Source: Acidobacteriota bacterium (GTDB lineage Bacteria > Acidobacteriota > UBA6911 > RPQK01 > G965248645). Taken from it: a stretch of DNA of 64,000 nt. Every line of letters begins with the position of its first letter. The stretch's first letter is position 1. The position numbers were made by a program, and so were the translations under genes. Below the pieces are notes generated by a model that worked only from the letters and a program-made list of their open reading frames with translations, ran no database searches and was not told where the DNA came from. This document shows positions 21,836 through 31,121 of this stretch, piece by piece. Where the stretch lies: assembly GCA_965248645.1 (NCBI GenBank), contig OZ252113.1:155522-219521 (forward strand), written 5' to 3'.

Positions 21836-22525
21836 ATGGATGTGGGGTTACGCCTTCGACGCCTTCTCGTCAAGATTGGTGACCTAGCGGAAGCCTGTGG
21901 ACGCAAACCAGAGACTATTCGTTTACTGGCTGTATCAAAGACCTTGCCGTCTACGGTAATTGAGCAAGCTTACCAAGTAGGCCAGCTTATTTTTGGGGAG
22001 AATAGGATGCAAGAGGCTGAGACCAAGATCGCCAATGTCCGGCTCTCGGGAATCCAATGGCATTTAATTGGTCATCTTCAGAGCAACAAAGCGCGTCGTG
22101 CCGCGGAACTTTTTGATGTCATTCAGACTCTGGATAGCGAAAGACTGGCCTTGCGGTTAGATCGTCACTGCCACCGGTTGGGGAAATGCCTCTCGGTGTT
22201 CATCCAGGTAAACATTGGACGAGAACCGCAAAAATACGGGGTCTCGCCCGATCAAGTCTTTCAAATGGTAAATCGCGTGGACTCCCTCGAAACCCTAAAC
22301 CTGCGAGGTCTGATGATTATTCCTCCCTATCATTCGGAGGCTGAGCGTTCACGACCCTATTTTCGGCAGGTCGTTGATTTACTTGGTGAAATCAATCGAA
22401 ATCGGTGCCATCCCTTGAGTGAGCTGTCGATGGGCATGAGTCACGATTACCGGATCGCTATTGAGGAAGGCTCGACCATGCTTCGAATCGGCACTATAAT
22501 TTTTGGTCCCCGCTCCAGTGATTGA
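21836..22525 (+). CDS. yggS: YggS-family PLP homeostasis protein (alanine-racemase-fold PLP enzyme)
   Basis: 'LLAVSKT' PLP-lysine motif; 'GHLQSNKA'; 'LSMGMSHDY'. Confidence 0.85.
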   Translation: MDVGLRLRRLLVKIGDLAEACGRKPETIRLLAVSKTLPSTVIEQAYQVGQLIFGENRMQEAETKIANVRLSGIQWHLIGHLQSNKARRAAELFDVIQTLDSERLALRLDRHCHRLGKCLSVFIQVNIGREPQKYGVSPDQVFQMVNRVDSLETLNLRGLMIIPPYHSEAERSRPYFRQVVDLLGEINRNRCHPLSELSMGMSHDYRIAIEEGSTMLRIGTIIFGPRSSD

Positions 22526-22799
22526 AGGCCTCGGCCAGTCCCAAAAGTCAGGACATGTGTCCTTGTTGATTAGGGTGCAGCTATGTTCCAACTGGAGCCA
22601 GATTGTAGGCTTGCAAGACGGGATTCTAAAGGTGAGTCTCTCAGCTTCACCGGTGAGAAACGAGGCCAACCAGCAGCTGATCGGATTTCCGTCCAAAACG
22701 TTGAATTTTCTACTTTTGGATATCCGGCTGATTGCTAGTCATCGATCGAGAATCAAGACGGTGAGTATCCGAGGTATCACTCAAAAAGAGCTATGCAAG

Positions 22800-23058
22800 T
22801 GACTAGCTCCATTTACAGCATAATAGGAAGGATGAGGTGGTAATGCCCCGGAATCCTTTTGGAGGCCTGGATTCAATTCGCGGTTCTTTCTCGCAAGGAG
22901 GAGTGCTGTTCCTATCCTGAGACGGATAGTCTCAGTCGGGGGAGAATCCTCTTGCTGCTGTTTCATGAGCCACAGTTTTTGGACTGTTCTTGCCTACCCG
23001 AGTGTCAGAGGGAGAAGGCTAGAATAGCTTCCCTGGAAACCCTTAAAGGAGAAGCAGA
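22800..23058 (+). promoter_or_regulatory. 3' part of a ~530-nt non-coding leader upstream of nrdJ; contains cobalamin-riboswitch-like sequence blocks (unconfirmed)
   Basis: No credible ORF; 'AATAGGAAGG...GGTGGTAATGCCCCGGAATCC...GCCACAG...' partly resembles RF00174 conserved blocks. Confidence 0.2.
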
Positions 23059-25770
23059 ATGAAAGAATTGGCTCAGGAGTTGGAAGCAGCCGGGGGAGTG
23101 CGGATCGAGCGCTACTTCACTCGAAAGGAGATTCACCCGTTTGACGACGTGGAATGGGAAACTCGCACCGCAGAAATCAAGGATTGGAACACCGGAAAGG
23201 TGACTTTTCGTCAGGACGATTTGGAATTCCCAAAATCCTGGTCCCAGCGATCGACAGATATTGTAGCTAGTAAGTATTTCCGAGGTCATCTCGGCCACCC
23301 CAATCGGGAGCGAAGTGTTAAACAACTTATTGGTAGGATCGTCAACACACTCACCGATTGGGGTGAAGGAATGGACTATTTTGCCTCTTCGGAAGATGCT
23401 GAAAACTTTAATCATGAGTTGACCCACTTACTTCTGCATCAGATGGCGGCCTTCAATTCTCCCGTTCAGTTCAACGTTGGAATTAAGAAACGCCCACAGT
23501 GCTCGGCCTGCTTCATCAACACTGTTGAGGATTCGATGTCCTCCATCATGAAATTGGCGAGGACGGAGGCCACGATTTTTAAAGGGGGGTCAGGATCCGG
23601 TGTCAATCTCTCTAAGGTTCGTTCCTCCATTGAGCCCTTATCCGTCGGAGGCTATGCTTCTGGCCCCATTTCCTTCATGAGGGGATACGATAGTTTTGCT
23701 GGAGCAATCAAGTCGGGAGGAGCTACTCGACGCGCGGCCAAGATGGTTATTCTCAACGTCGATCACCCCGATATTAAAGAGTTTATCTGGTGTAAAGCTA
23801 GGGAAGAAAAAAAGGCCCAAGAACTGATTCAGTTGGGATACGACGATGCCATCGATGGTGAAGCTTATCGGAGTGTCCAATTTCAAAACGCAAATAACAG
23901 TGTCAGTGTCACCGATGAGTTTATGGAAGCCGTTCAGAAGGGCGGAGAATGGAAAACCAGAAAGGTAATGACCGACGGTGAGGTAGCTCAAACCTACAGG
24001 GCACGCGAACTCCTGCATTGGGTTGCAGAGGCGACCTGGATTTGCGGAGATCCTGGCCTGCAATTTCATACGACCATCAATGACTGGCACACTAGCTCCA
24101 ATAGTGCGCCAATCAACGCTTGTAATCCTTGCTCAGAGTATGTTTTTCTCGACAACTCAGCCTGTAATTTGTCTTCTTTGAACTTGATGAGATTTATGAA
24201 GGAGGACACACAATTCGATGTGCAGTCCTTCCGGCAGGCGGTTCGGATCATGATTCTGGCGCAGGAGATCATTGTAGATAACTCGAGCTACCCGACGGGG
24301 GAAATTAAGAAGATCAGTCACGAGTACCGGACACTGGGGTTGGGCTACGCTAACTTAGGTGCTTTTCTGATGGCGCGTGGACTTTCCTATGATAGCGATG
24401 CTGCTCGGAATATGGCTGGAGTGATCACTGCCTTGATGACTGGAGAAGCTTATCGGATCAGTGCAAAAATAGCTGAAAAGAAAGGACCCTTTTCCGGTTT
24501 TGAGAGAAACCGGATACCCATGATGAGGGTGATCCATAAGCACCGTGAAGCCCTTTCCGAAATCGACTCCGCTCTCGTTTCACTCGACCTACTCCATTCT
24601 GCTATGGAGGTCTGGGATGAGGCGATCCAGGAGGGAATGAAGTATGGCTATCGTAATGCACAGGTAACCCTCCTGGCGCCTACAGGGACAATTGCTTTTA
24701 TGATGGATTGCGACACTACAGGGATAGAACCGGAATACTCGCTGGTCAAGTTTAAGAAGTTGGTTGGGGGTGGGACTCTGAAAATCGTCAATAGCATTAT
24801 TCCCAAAGCCCTGGGAAAACTGGGATATGGGGAAGATCAGGTTCAGGACATTCTTAAATATATTGAGAAGAACGATTTAATTGAAGACGCTCCTCATCTC
24901 AGACGTGAGCACCTGCCGGTTTTTGACTGCGCTGACCGTCCCGCTAAAGGTTCTCGTGCTATCCATCACCTTGGCCACATCAAGATGTGCGGCGCTGTGC
25001 AACCCTTCCTCTCGGGAGCTATCTCCAAAACCATCAATCTTCCCCATGAGGCAACCGTCGAGGATATTATGGATTGCTATATCCATGCCTGGAAGCACAG
25101 TATGAAGTCGGTAGCCGTTTACCGAGACGGGTGCAAGTTGGTTCAGCCTTTGTCCAATAAGGTACAGACTCAAGTGGGCATTCGGACTCCCCATCGGAAT
25201 ATGCCTAAGGACCGCGCTGCTTTGCAACATGAATTCCGAATTAAAAGCTTTAAGGGATTCCTCACCATGGGGATGTACCCTGAGAACAATGAGTTGGGAG
25301 AAGTATTCCTCAATTTTTCCAAACAGGGCTCCACTCTTCAGGGAATGGCCATGGCTTGGGCGATTGCCATTTCGATGGGTTTACAGCGAGGTGTTCCACT
25401 AGAAGACTATGTGCGAATGTTTGCTCACATGAGTTTCGAACCCGCGGGGTACACTGACAACGCTCAGATTCCTTTTGCCACTTCAATTCCCGATTACGTG
25501 GTGCGCTATCTGGCGACCAAGTATCTCAGCTCGGAGGTTCAGGAGGCGTTGGGAATCCACAACGTAAAGCCCAATGGCAGCATGCAAAACGGCGTACAGG
25601 TGAGCTTTTCAGAGACTGCTAGACGAAGCGAGACCAATCGAGCCGCGCAACGTCTGGTTAGTGAGAGCCAGCATGAGTCTCACACCTGTCTTTCCTGTGG
25701 CAACCTCATGCAACGGAACGGAAACTGCCACGTGTGTACGGTATGTGGCAACACCTCAGGTTGTAGTTAA
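23059..25770 (+). CDS. nrdJ: adenosylcobalamin-dependent (class II) ribonucleotide reductase with C-terminal Zn ribbon
   Basis: 903 aa; 'NPCSEYVFLDNSACNL' active-site region, 'CxxC...CxxC' tail; single-chain class II architecture. Confidence 0.9.
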   Translation: MKELAQELEAAGGVRIERYFTRKEIHPFDDVEWETRTAEIKDWNTGKVTFRQDDLEFPKSWSQRSTDIVASKYFRGHLGHPNRERSVKQLIGRIVNTLTDWGEGMDYFASSEDAENFNHELTHLLLHQMAAFNSPVQFNVGIKKRPQCSACFINTVEDSMSSIMKLARTEATIFKGGSGSGVNLSKVRSSIEPLSVGGYASGPISFMRGYDSFAGAIKSGGATRRAAKMVILNVDHPDIKEFIWCKAREEKKAQELIQLGYDDAIDGEAYRSVQFQNANNSVSVTDEFMEAVQKGGEWKTRKVMTDGEVAQTYRARELLHWVAEATWICGDPGLQFHTTINDWHTSSNSAPINACNPCSEYVFLDNSACNLSSLNLMRFMKEDTQFDVQSFRQAVRIMILAQEIIVDNSSYPTGEIKKISHEYRTLGLGYANLGAFLMARGLSYDSDAARNMAGVITALMTGEAYRISAKIAEKKGPFSGFERNRIPMMRVIHKHREALSEIDSALVSLDLLHSAMEVWDEAIQEGMKYGYRNAQVTLLAPTGTIAFMMDCDTTGIEPEYSLVKFKKLVGGGTLKIVNSIIPKALGKLGYGEDQVQDILKYIEKNDLIEDAPHLRREHLPVFDCADRPAKGSRAIHHLGHIKMCGAVQPFLSGAISKTINLPHEATVEDIMDCYIHAWKHSMKSVAVYRDGCKLVQPLSNKVQTQVGIRTPHRNMPKDRAALQHEFRIKSFKGFLTMGMYPENNELGEVFLNFSKQGSTLQGMAMAWAIAISMGLQRGVPLEDYVRMFAHMSFEPAGYTDNAQIPFATSIPDYVVRYLATKYLSSEVQEALGIHNVKPNGSMQNGVQVSFSETARRSETNRAAQRLVSESQHESHTCLSCGNLMQRNGNCHVCTVCGNTSGCS

Positions 25771-25799
25771 CCTGAGGTTTCGGCTCGGGATCAGCCGAA
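25753..25799 (+). terminator. two tandem hairpins spanning and following the nrdJ stop codon
   Basis: acctcaggtt/gtagtt/aacctgaggt (10-bp stem) then ttcggct/cgggatc/agccgaa (7-bp stem). Confidence 0.45.
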
Positions 25800-26117
25800 A
25801 GTTTAAAGAGTCTACTTCCCAGATTCTACCGATTTCCGAAAAGAAAAAGGATCCACTGCTACTTCAAGGGTGAGTCTAGTAGACCGGACAAGCTCTTACT
25901 TACGTGGCTGGGGTCGAGGGTTGCCTGGAAGGTCCAGTCATTTTGCACTAGAGCAACTCGCAGCTACCGCTTTCCGGAAATGAAAGACTTTCCCAGAGTT
26001 CGGCCCACTTGCCACTGGAACCAAGCAGCAGCACGAGGACATGTTTTGGTTTGCGTGCTGAGCTACTAACTGGAACGCCTAAAACAAACCTTGTGTCGAA
26101 AGCCGACATCGAGGCCG

Positions 26118-26939
26118 CTAAAATCTAGATAGGTTGAAGCTCTTCGAAACGCCCAATATTATACCGGAGGATGGATCGGTCTGGCGAAACCCGGAAAGTA
26201 CGCCAATGTCCCAGAATAAGCCGACTGCCTGGATTTGTGCCCCTAAACGAAGCAAGGATTGTGGCTCGGTCCCGATTCCTCCTCTGCCCGCCCGTCCGTA
26301 GAGGTCTCCCACCAGGACCAAGCCTGGTCGAATCGAGTAGAGAAGGGCTGTTCCGTAGGAGAACAGATCGTCCTCCGAACCAGCCTGCACGGGATCTCCC
26401 AGAATGACCGCACCCAGATTGCCGAGCAAACGCAGTTTCCCAAGTTCCTTCTCAATCAGAAGGGTGGCGAAGACGTTCGTTTCGTCATTTCCAAGACCAC
26501 TTTCGTTCGCAGTGTTGGGCAATTCCACCCCGAAACGCATTCCGAATGCTGGAGACTTCTTATTTTCCTGCTTGAGCAGGACCTTGGTCGCTAGGCTGAA
26601 ATTGCCGAAGTCGCTGGTGGAGTTTCCGGAGAAGTCGAGTTGGGACGTGTTCGGCGCCGGAAATCTCCTCCCTATATTGAGCACGTCTTGGATTACCCCT
26701 AGCGTCTGTATTTCAACGACCCTTCCCACTCCCACTCGAACTCCTAGTACACCAAGACGTGTCAGATCTCCCTCTATTCCCGAGAAAGGAAAAGTGGTCT
26801 TTTGGAGGAATTCGACGCCTAGGTCCAACAACACCTGGCCCGGTGGTAGCGTCCTGGCCCTTTCTGTTACGAGCGGACGCTGTTGGCAAAACACCAAGGC
26901 CGGCTGCAAGAGTAGCAATAAGAACCCAATACGAACCAC
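26118..26939 (-). CDS. outer-membrane beta-barrel protein (signal peptide, C-terminal ...NLSRF)
   Basis: Signal peptide 'LLLLLQPALVFC'; alternating amphipathic beta-strand pattern; terminal Phe. Confidence 0.6.
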   Translation of the reverse strand: MVRIGFLLLLLQPALVFCQQRPLVTERARTLPPGQVLLDLGVEFLQKTTFPFSGIEGDLTRLGVLGVRVGVGRVVEIQTLGVIQDVLNIGRRFPAPNTSQLDFSGNSTSDFGNFSLATKVLLKQENKKSPAFGMRFGVELPNTANESGLGNDETNVFATLLIEKELGKLRLLGNLGAVILGDPVQAGSEDDLFSYGTALLYSIRPGLVLVGDLYGRAGRGGIGTEPQSLLRLGAQIQAVGLFWDIGVLSGFRQTDPSSGIILGVSKSFNLSRF

Positions 26940-26970
26940 TTACACAGTTTAGGAAGCGGTAGAACAATAG

Positions 26971-28227
26971 TCAACGAAAGCCAAGCAGAGGATGATCTGG
27001 TTTAGCAACCGTTTTTCTGTAATTTCCTCTAGGGCCTGTAGGGAAGAATTGCTCCACTTGTTTTTTCCAGCCGGCCAGGTTCAGGTATTGCCGGTCGGTT
27101 AACCACTCCTCGTGTATCTCTGCAAGCACAGCCGAGATGAGCCGCAGCGCCGATGCTTCGTGGGGAAAGATTCCCACCACCCGGGTTCGTCTCCGGATCT
27201 CCCGGTGCAGTCTCTCCAGTCCGTTGATGGTTCGGATCCTTCGCCACCAGCTCCTCGGAAAATCAAACACTGTCAGCCCTTCATCCAGGTTGTCTTCCAG
27301 CCAGCTCACGAACTCCGGTGCAATCTTTTCGAACTTCTTGACGACTTTACCCTTGAGCTCCTCGGCATCCTCTCGAGACGGGGCATCGAAAATGTCCCGC
27401 ATGGCCTGGGCGATGCGGGGCTTGTCCTCTTTGCGGCGAGCATATTGTTGGGCGTTTTTACTCAGGTAAAACTGACAACGGTTCCAGGGCACCGACGGAT
27501 AAACTGCCCGCCTGGCCGCCTTCAGTCCTTCGTGATCGCCACTGACAAACAGCTCGACCCCTCTCAGTCCACGCTTGTGCAGATCTCCCAGAAACCCTCG
27601 CCAATGCACCTCCGCTTCACTGATCCTGGCGCTCAGACCCAACACCTCCCGCGTCCCGAAACGATTGACTCCTATGGCTTTCAGGATGGCCACGTCCTGC
27701 ACCCTGCCGCCTCTTCGAACCTTCTCGTAGTGGGCATCCAGATACACGATCGGATACTCTCCCAGCTCCCGGCTTCGAAACTCTTCCAGCTCTTCGTCCA
27801 GCATCCCGGCCACTCTCGAGACCTGGGTGGCAGAGATCTCCAACCCACACAGCTGCTCCGTGATCTCGGTGACTTTCCTCGTCGAGACGCCCATCACATA
27901 CATCTCGGCAATGGCCAGCTTCAGGGCCTTCTCCGAACGGCAACCCCTCTCCAGCGACTTGGGATAAAACCTCAACCCACGCACCTGTGGAATCTCCAAG
28001 TGCAGCTCTCCCACTCGAGTCTGAATCCGCTTGCCTTTGAATCCGTTTCGATAGCCTCGCCGACTGGCTGTTCTCTCGTACGCTTCCGCTCCCAGAAACT
28101 CGCTTCTTTCCAACTGCATCGCCACGTTGAACAACTTCTCCAGGATTCCTCGAAAGGCTTCTGTTCCTTCCTCGATCAACTCCGCCAGGATCTCCCGTGG
28201 TACTCTCTTTTCCAGATCTGGGTTCAT
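26971..28227 (-). CDS. IS256-family (Mutator-type) transposase
   Basis: 418 aa; IS256/MULE transposase conserved blocks including 'YLDAHYEKVR' and 'ALRLISAVLAEIHEEWLTDRQYL'. Confidence 0.9.
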   Translation of the reverse strand: MNPDLEKRVPREILAELIEEGTEAFRGILEKLFNVAMQLERSEFLGAEAYERTASRRGYRNGFKGKRIQTRVGELHLEIPQVRGLRFYPKSLERGCRSEKALKLAIAEMYVMGVSTRKVTEITEQLCGLEISATQVSRVAGMLDEELEEFRSRELGEYPIVYLDAHYEKVRRGGRVQDVAILKAIGVNRFGTREVLGLSARISEAEVHWRGFLGDLHKRGLRGVELFVSGDHEGLKAARRAVYPSVPWNRCQFYLSKNAQQYARRKEDKPRIAQAMRDIFDAPSREDAEELKGKVVKKFEKIAPEFVSWLEDNLDEGLTVFDFPRSWWRRIRTINGLERLHREIRRRTRVVGIFPHEASALRLISAVLAEIHEEWLTDRQYLNLAGWKKQVEQFFPTGPRGNYRKTVAKPDHPLLGFR

Positions 28228-28338
28228 TTGATTCTCCTTGCCAGATTCTCGTTTCTGTTTTTGGAGAATCCTGTCCCAGACCTCTGTCTTTCCGACCCAA
28301 GGCCTGACCAGAAATTACAGAAAAAAAGTTACACTACT
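26999..28338 (-). mobile_element. IS256-family insertion sequence (~1.34 kb) with imperfect ~35-bp terminal inverted repeats and 8-bp GATGATCT target-site duplication
   Basis: Terminal IRs share the core 'tttttctgtaatttc' (27012-27026, and reverse complement of 28305-28319); 'gatgatct' at 26991-26998 and 28339-28346. Confidence 0.75.
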
Positions 28339-29246
28339 GATGATCTTGAAAGCCGTGAGGTGGCGAACAGGGATCGGTTCCCAAAAAAGCTCCATCATTC
28401 GACTCAATTTAAGCTAGATCTTCCAACTCATATTGAAGAATCCCCATGGTGGCTATGGCCGGCGTCTCTGTGCTGAGTATATGTGGAGCCATGTGAACCG
28501 GTACTATTTCATGTTGCCCGAATGTTTGTCGGTCCTGTCCATCCAACCCCTCCCTCAGGACCGGCACAGATGAGACATAGGGGTTCACTTTCCTCTCACG
28601 ATAAAGGACCTGTCTAAGGCTGAGACCTCTCCCTCTCATCGAGTCTCAATCTTAACGTTGCATCTGGGAGAAATTAGGTTAAGGATAAAGGGCCTCTCAG
28701 TCGGGGGATGCAAGGCCGGCCTAGTAGCAGTACTTGAACGTCGTTTTTGGAAACGTTTCCCCGAACTGCTCTTACCGCATCGAGGTCTGAGTCCATTGCG
28801 ACCACTTTGATTTCCCGATTTATCAGAATGTGAATTGGGAAATGTTTCGAATGCACCTCCCAGATAGGATGAACAAGAAATGCCTACCGATCGAAAAACC
28901 CCGAAACCTTTTCTTCCCACTAAGTAGCTACTCTCCTCTGTACTTCCAGACGCAAACCTGCATGTGAACAAACTGAATTGAGCCTTCCCTGGTTTCTTGC
29001 TCAAACTGCTTTCGCAAACAGCGAAGGCGGAGATAGAGGGGAAAGAAAGTTCTTAAAATAACCCGCGCTTGTTTCTCTAGTTCTTCGACGTCAATCGTGT
29101 CCAGATCCCAGAGGAGCTCGACCAACAGGTCTCGCTCTTGGTATGGAAGGAAGACTTCTCGCTCAATCTACTGAGTGAGAGATCAGGCTCCTGTCAGCGA
29201 GGGCGCAGTCCCGCGGGGTGCATAAGAGGGTGGTGGCTAGGTCGGC

Positions 29247-30368
29247 CTAACCAAGTATCTCCCTCACCTTCTCAAAAAGCCCTCCGCTGCTCTGGGTCTC
29301 TTCTCCTGAAATGGATGACAAACGTTGGAATAGTTCTCGCTTTTCTTGTGTTAGTTTGGTTGGTGTTACCACGGTCACGGTCACTAGCTGGTCCCCTTTT
29401 CCTTGTCCGCTGAGACTTGCCACTCCCTTGCTCTTCAGACGAAAGACTGTACCGCTTTGGGTGCCTTCAGGGACCCTAATACTTTCTTCCCCCCCCAGTG
29501 TGGGGACCGTGATTGCATCACCCAAGGCCGCCTGCGAAAAAGTAATCGGTACCTCACAAGAAATGTTGTTGTCCTCGTGGCGTTTGAAAAAAGGGTGCTC
29601 TTCAACACTGATGATGACGTAAAGATCCCCGGAGGGGCCTCCATTGACACCCGACTCACCTTCACCCGAAACCCTCATCCGCGAACTCTCGTCTACTCCC
29701 GCTGGGATTCGGATAGAAAGGACCTTCTCTTTACGCAGACGACCGTTGCCCCGGCAATTGGGGCAGGGATGACTAATGATTCGCCCACTTCCCTGGCAGT
29801 GTGAACAGGTTCGGCTAATGGTAAAGAAACCCTGTTGGTAGCGCACCTGACCCTGACCGTGACAGTTTTTGCAGATCGAGGTCCCCACCCCAGGATCGGC
29901 TCCCGACCCATCGCAGGTCTGGCATGTCTCCTCTCGAGGAATTTTGATCCTGGTTTTGACCCCAAAAACTGCCTCCTCAAAACCGATTCGGAGGTCGTAA
30001 CGTAAATCGGCACCTCGTTGAGCGCCCCTTTGACGTCCCCTCCCGAAAATGTCTCCAAAACCAAAGAAATCCCCCAGGATATCACTGAAATCTCCGAAGA
30101 CGTCCGGATCAAAGCCACCAAAACCGCCAGCTCTACTCCCAAGGCTAGCATGACCGAATTGGTCATAGCGTGCCCTTTTTTCCAAATTGCTGAGAATACT
30201 GTAAGCTTCTGCTGCTTCTTTGAACTTTTCTTCGGCCGCCTTATCCCCCGCATTCTTATCCGGATGGTGTTTGATGGCTAGTTTTCGATAAGCAGTCTTT
30301 ATCTGTTGCTCACCGGCATCCTTTTCTATGCCCAGAACCTCGTAATAATCTCGCTTCGTCAAAAACAC
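29247..30368 (-). CDS. dnaJ: chaperone DnaJ
   Basis: J-domain 'DYYEVLGI...HPDKN'; G/F region; four CxxCxGxG zinc-finger repeats. Confidence 0.95.
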   Translation of the reverse strand: MFLTKRDYYEVLGIEKDAGEQQIKTAYRKLAIKHHPDKNAGDKAAEEKFKEAAEAYSILSNLEKRARYDQFGHASLGSRAGGFGGFDPDVFGDFSDILGDFFGFGDIFGRGRQRGAQRGADLRYDLRIGFEEAVFGVKTRIKIPREETCQTCDGSGADPGVGTSICKNCHGQGQVRYQQGFFTISRTCSHCQGSGRIISHPCPNCRGNGRLRKEKVLSIRIPAGVDESSRMRVSGEGESGVNGGPSGDLYVIISVEEHPFFKRHEDNNISCEVPITFSQAALGDAITVPTLGGEESIRVPEGTQSGTVFRLKSKGVASLSGQGKGDQLVTVTVVTPTKLTQEKRELFQRLSSISGEETQSSGGLFEKVREILG

Positions 30369-30472
30369 CTCCGAATGGCTTATTCTACAGGGATGATAAG
30401 ATGCGCCAGGAGCGATTGCAAGGAAAGGAAGGTTTGCATTTTACCGGGTTGGAAAAGTACCTTCCGTTGTTC

Positions 30473-31102
30473 TTAGCCTGCTTTTGAACCTACGCCCGGG
30501 TTGGCCGGTGATGACCCTTCCGTCGGATTAACAGCCACCTTCACCTGAGAAGGGCGAAGCAGGCGATTCTGGATCCTGTAGCCCTTTCGATACTCCTCCA
30601 GGATCTTCCCCTCTTGGTGTTCCTGTGTGACCTCGCAGTCGACCGCTTCATGGAGGCTGGGATCAAAATATCCTCCCGTGCCTCGGATTTCGTCCACATC
30701 GAACTTCTGTAAGACTGATTTGAGCTGCTCGAGGAAAAGGCTATACCCTTGACGATAAGTTTTCAGCGTGGGGTTCTTCGATGTTTCCATCGAAAGAAGG
30801 CCTTTTTCTCCGGCGTCGAGAATAGGCAATAACTCGGCAATTAGCCGAGCCTGAACTTCCACCTGTGCCTCCTTTCTTTCCTTGACGACCCGCTTTCGAT
30901 AGTTTTCAAATTCCGCCTGATTGCGTAGCAGCAATTCATTGTATTCCTGGAGCTCTTTATGGAGGCCTTCGGTGGTTTGAATGTCAAAATCTAACTCGAT
31001 CTCGGACTGGGTCTCTGAGTGTTCACGCTCCTGAGCCTGCTTTCTGGCTCTCCCTTTGGTCAATGGACCTTGATCGTCTAGCCTTATCTTCTTTCCATTC
31101 AT
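30473..31102 (-). CDS. grpE: nucleotide exchange factor GrpE
   Basis: Coiled-coil N-terminus plus 'GYRIQNRLLRPSQVKV' GrpE C-terminal signature. Confidence 0.9.
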   Translation of the reverse strand: MNGKKIRLDDQGPLTKGRARKQAQEREHSETQSEIELDFDIQTTEGLHKELQEYNELLLRNQAEFENYRKRVVKERKEAQVEVQARLIAELLPILDAGEKGLLSMETSKNPTLKTYRQGYSLFLEQLKSVLQKFDVDEIRGTGGYFDPSLHEAVDCEVTQEHQEGKILEEYRKGYRIQNRLLRPSQVKVAVNPTEGSSPANPGVGSKAG

Positions 31103-31121
31103 TGTTGTGTTGTATCCAAAT

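Noticed and set aside
25860-26117. 'CCTGGAAGGTCCAG' resembling part of SRP RNA domain IV in the nrdJ/OMP intergenic region
   Set aside because: The conserved GGUCCGGAAGGAAGCAGC core is not matched; likely chance.
27112-28476. 454-aa plus-strand ORF
   Set aside because: Antisense to the IS256 transposase; Pro/Ser/Leu-rich low-complexity translation. Spurious.
28741-28800. Minus-strand 'GATGCGGTAAGAGCAG' resembling the RNase P RNA 'GUGCGGUAAGAGCGCACC' block inside the gene-free tract
   Set aside because: No other RNase P RNA universal motifs (GGAAAGUCCGGGCU, ACAGAACCCGGCUUA) anywhere nearby; a single 11-nt match is best treated as chance.
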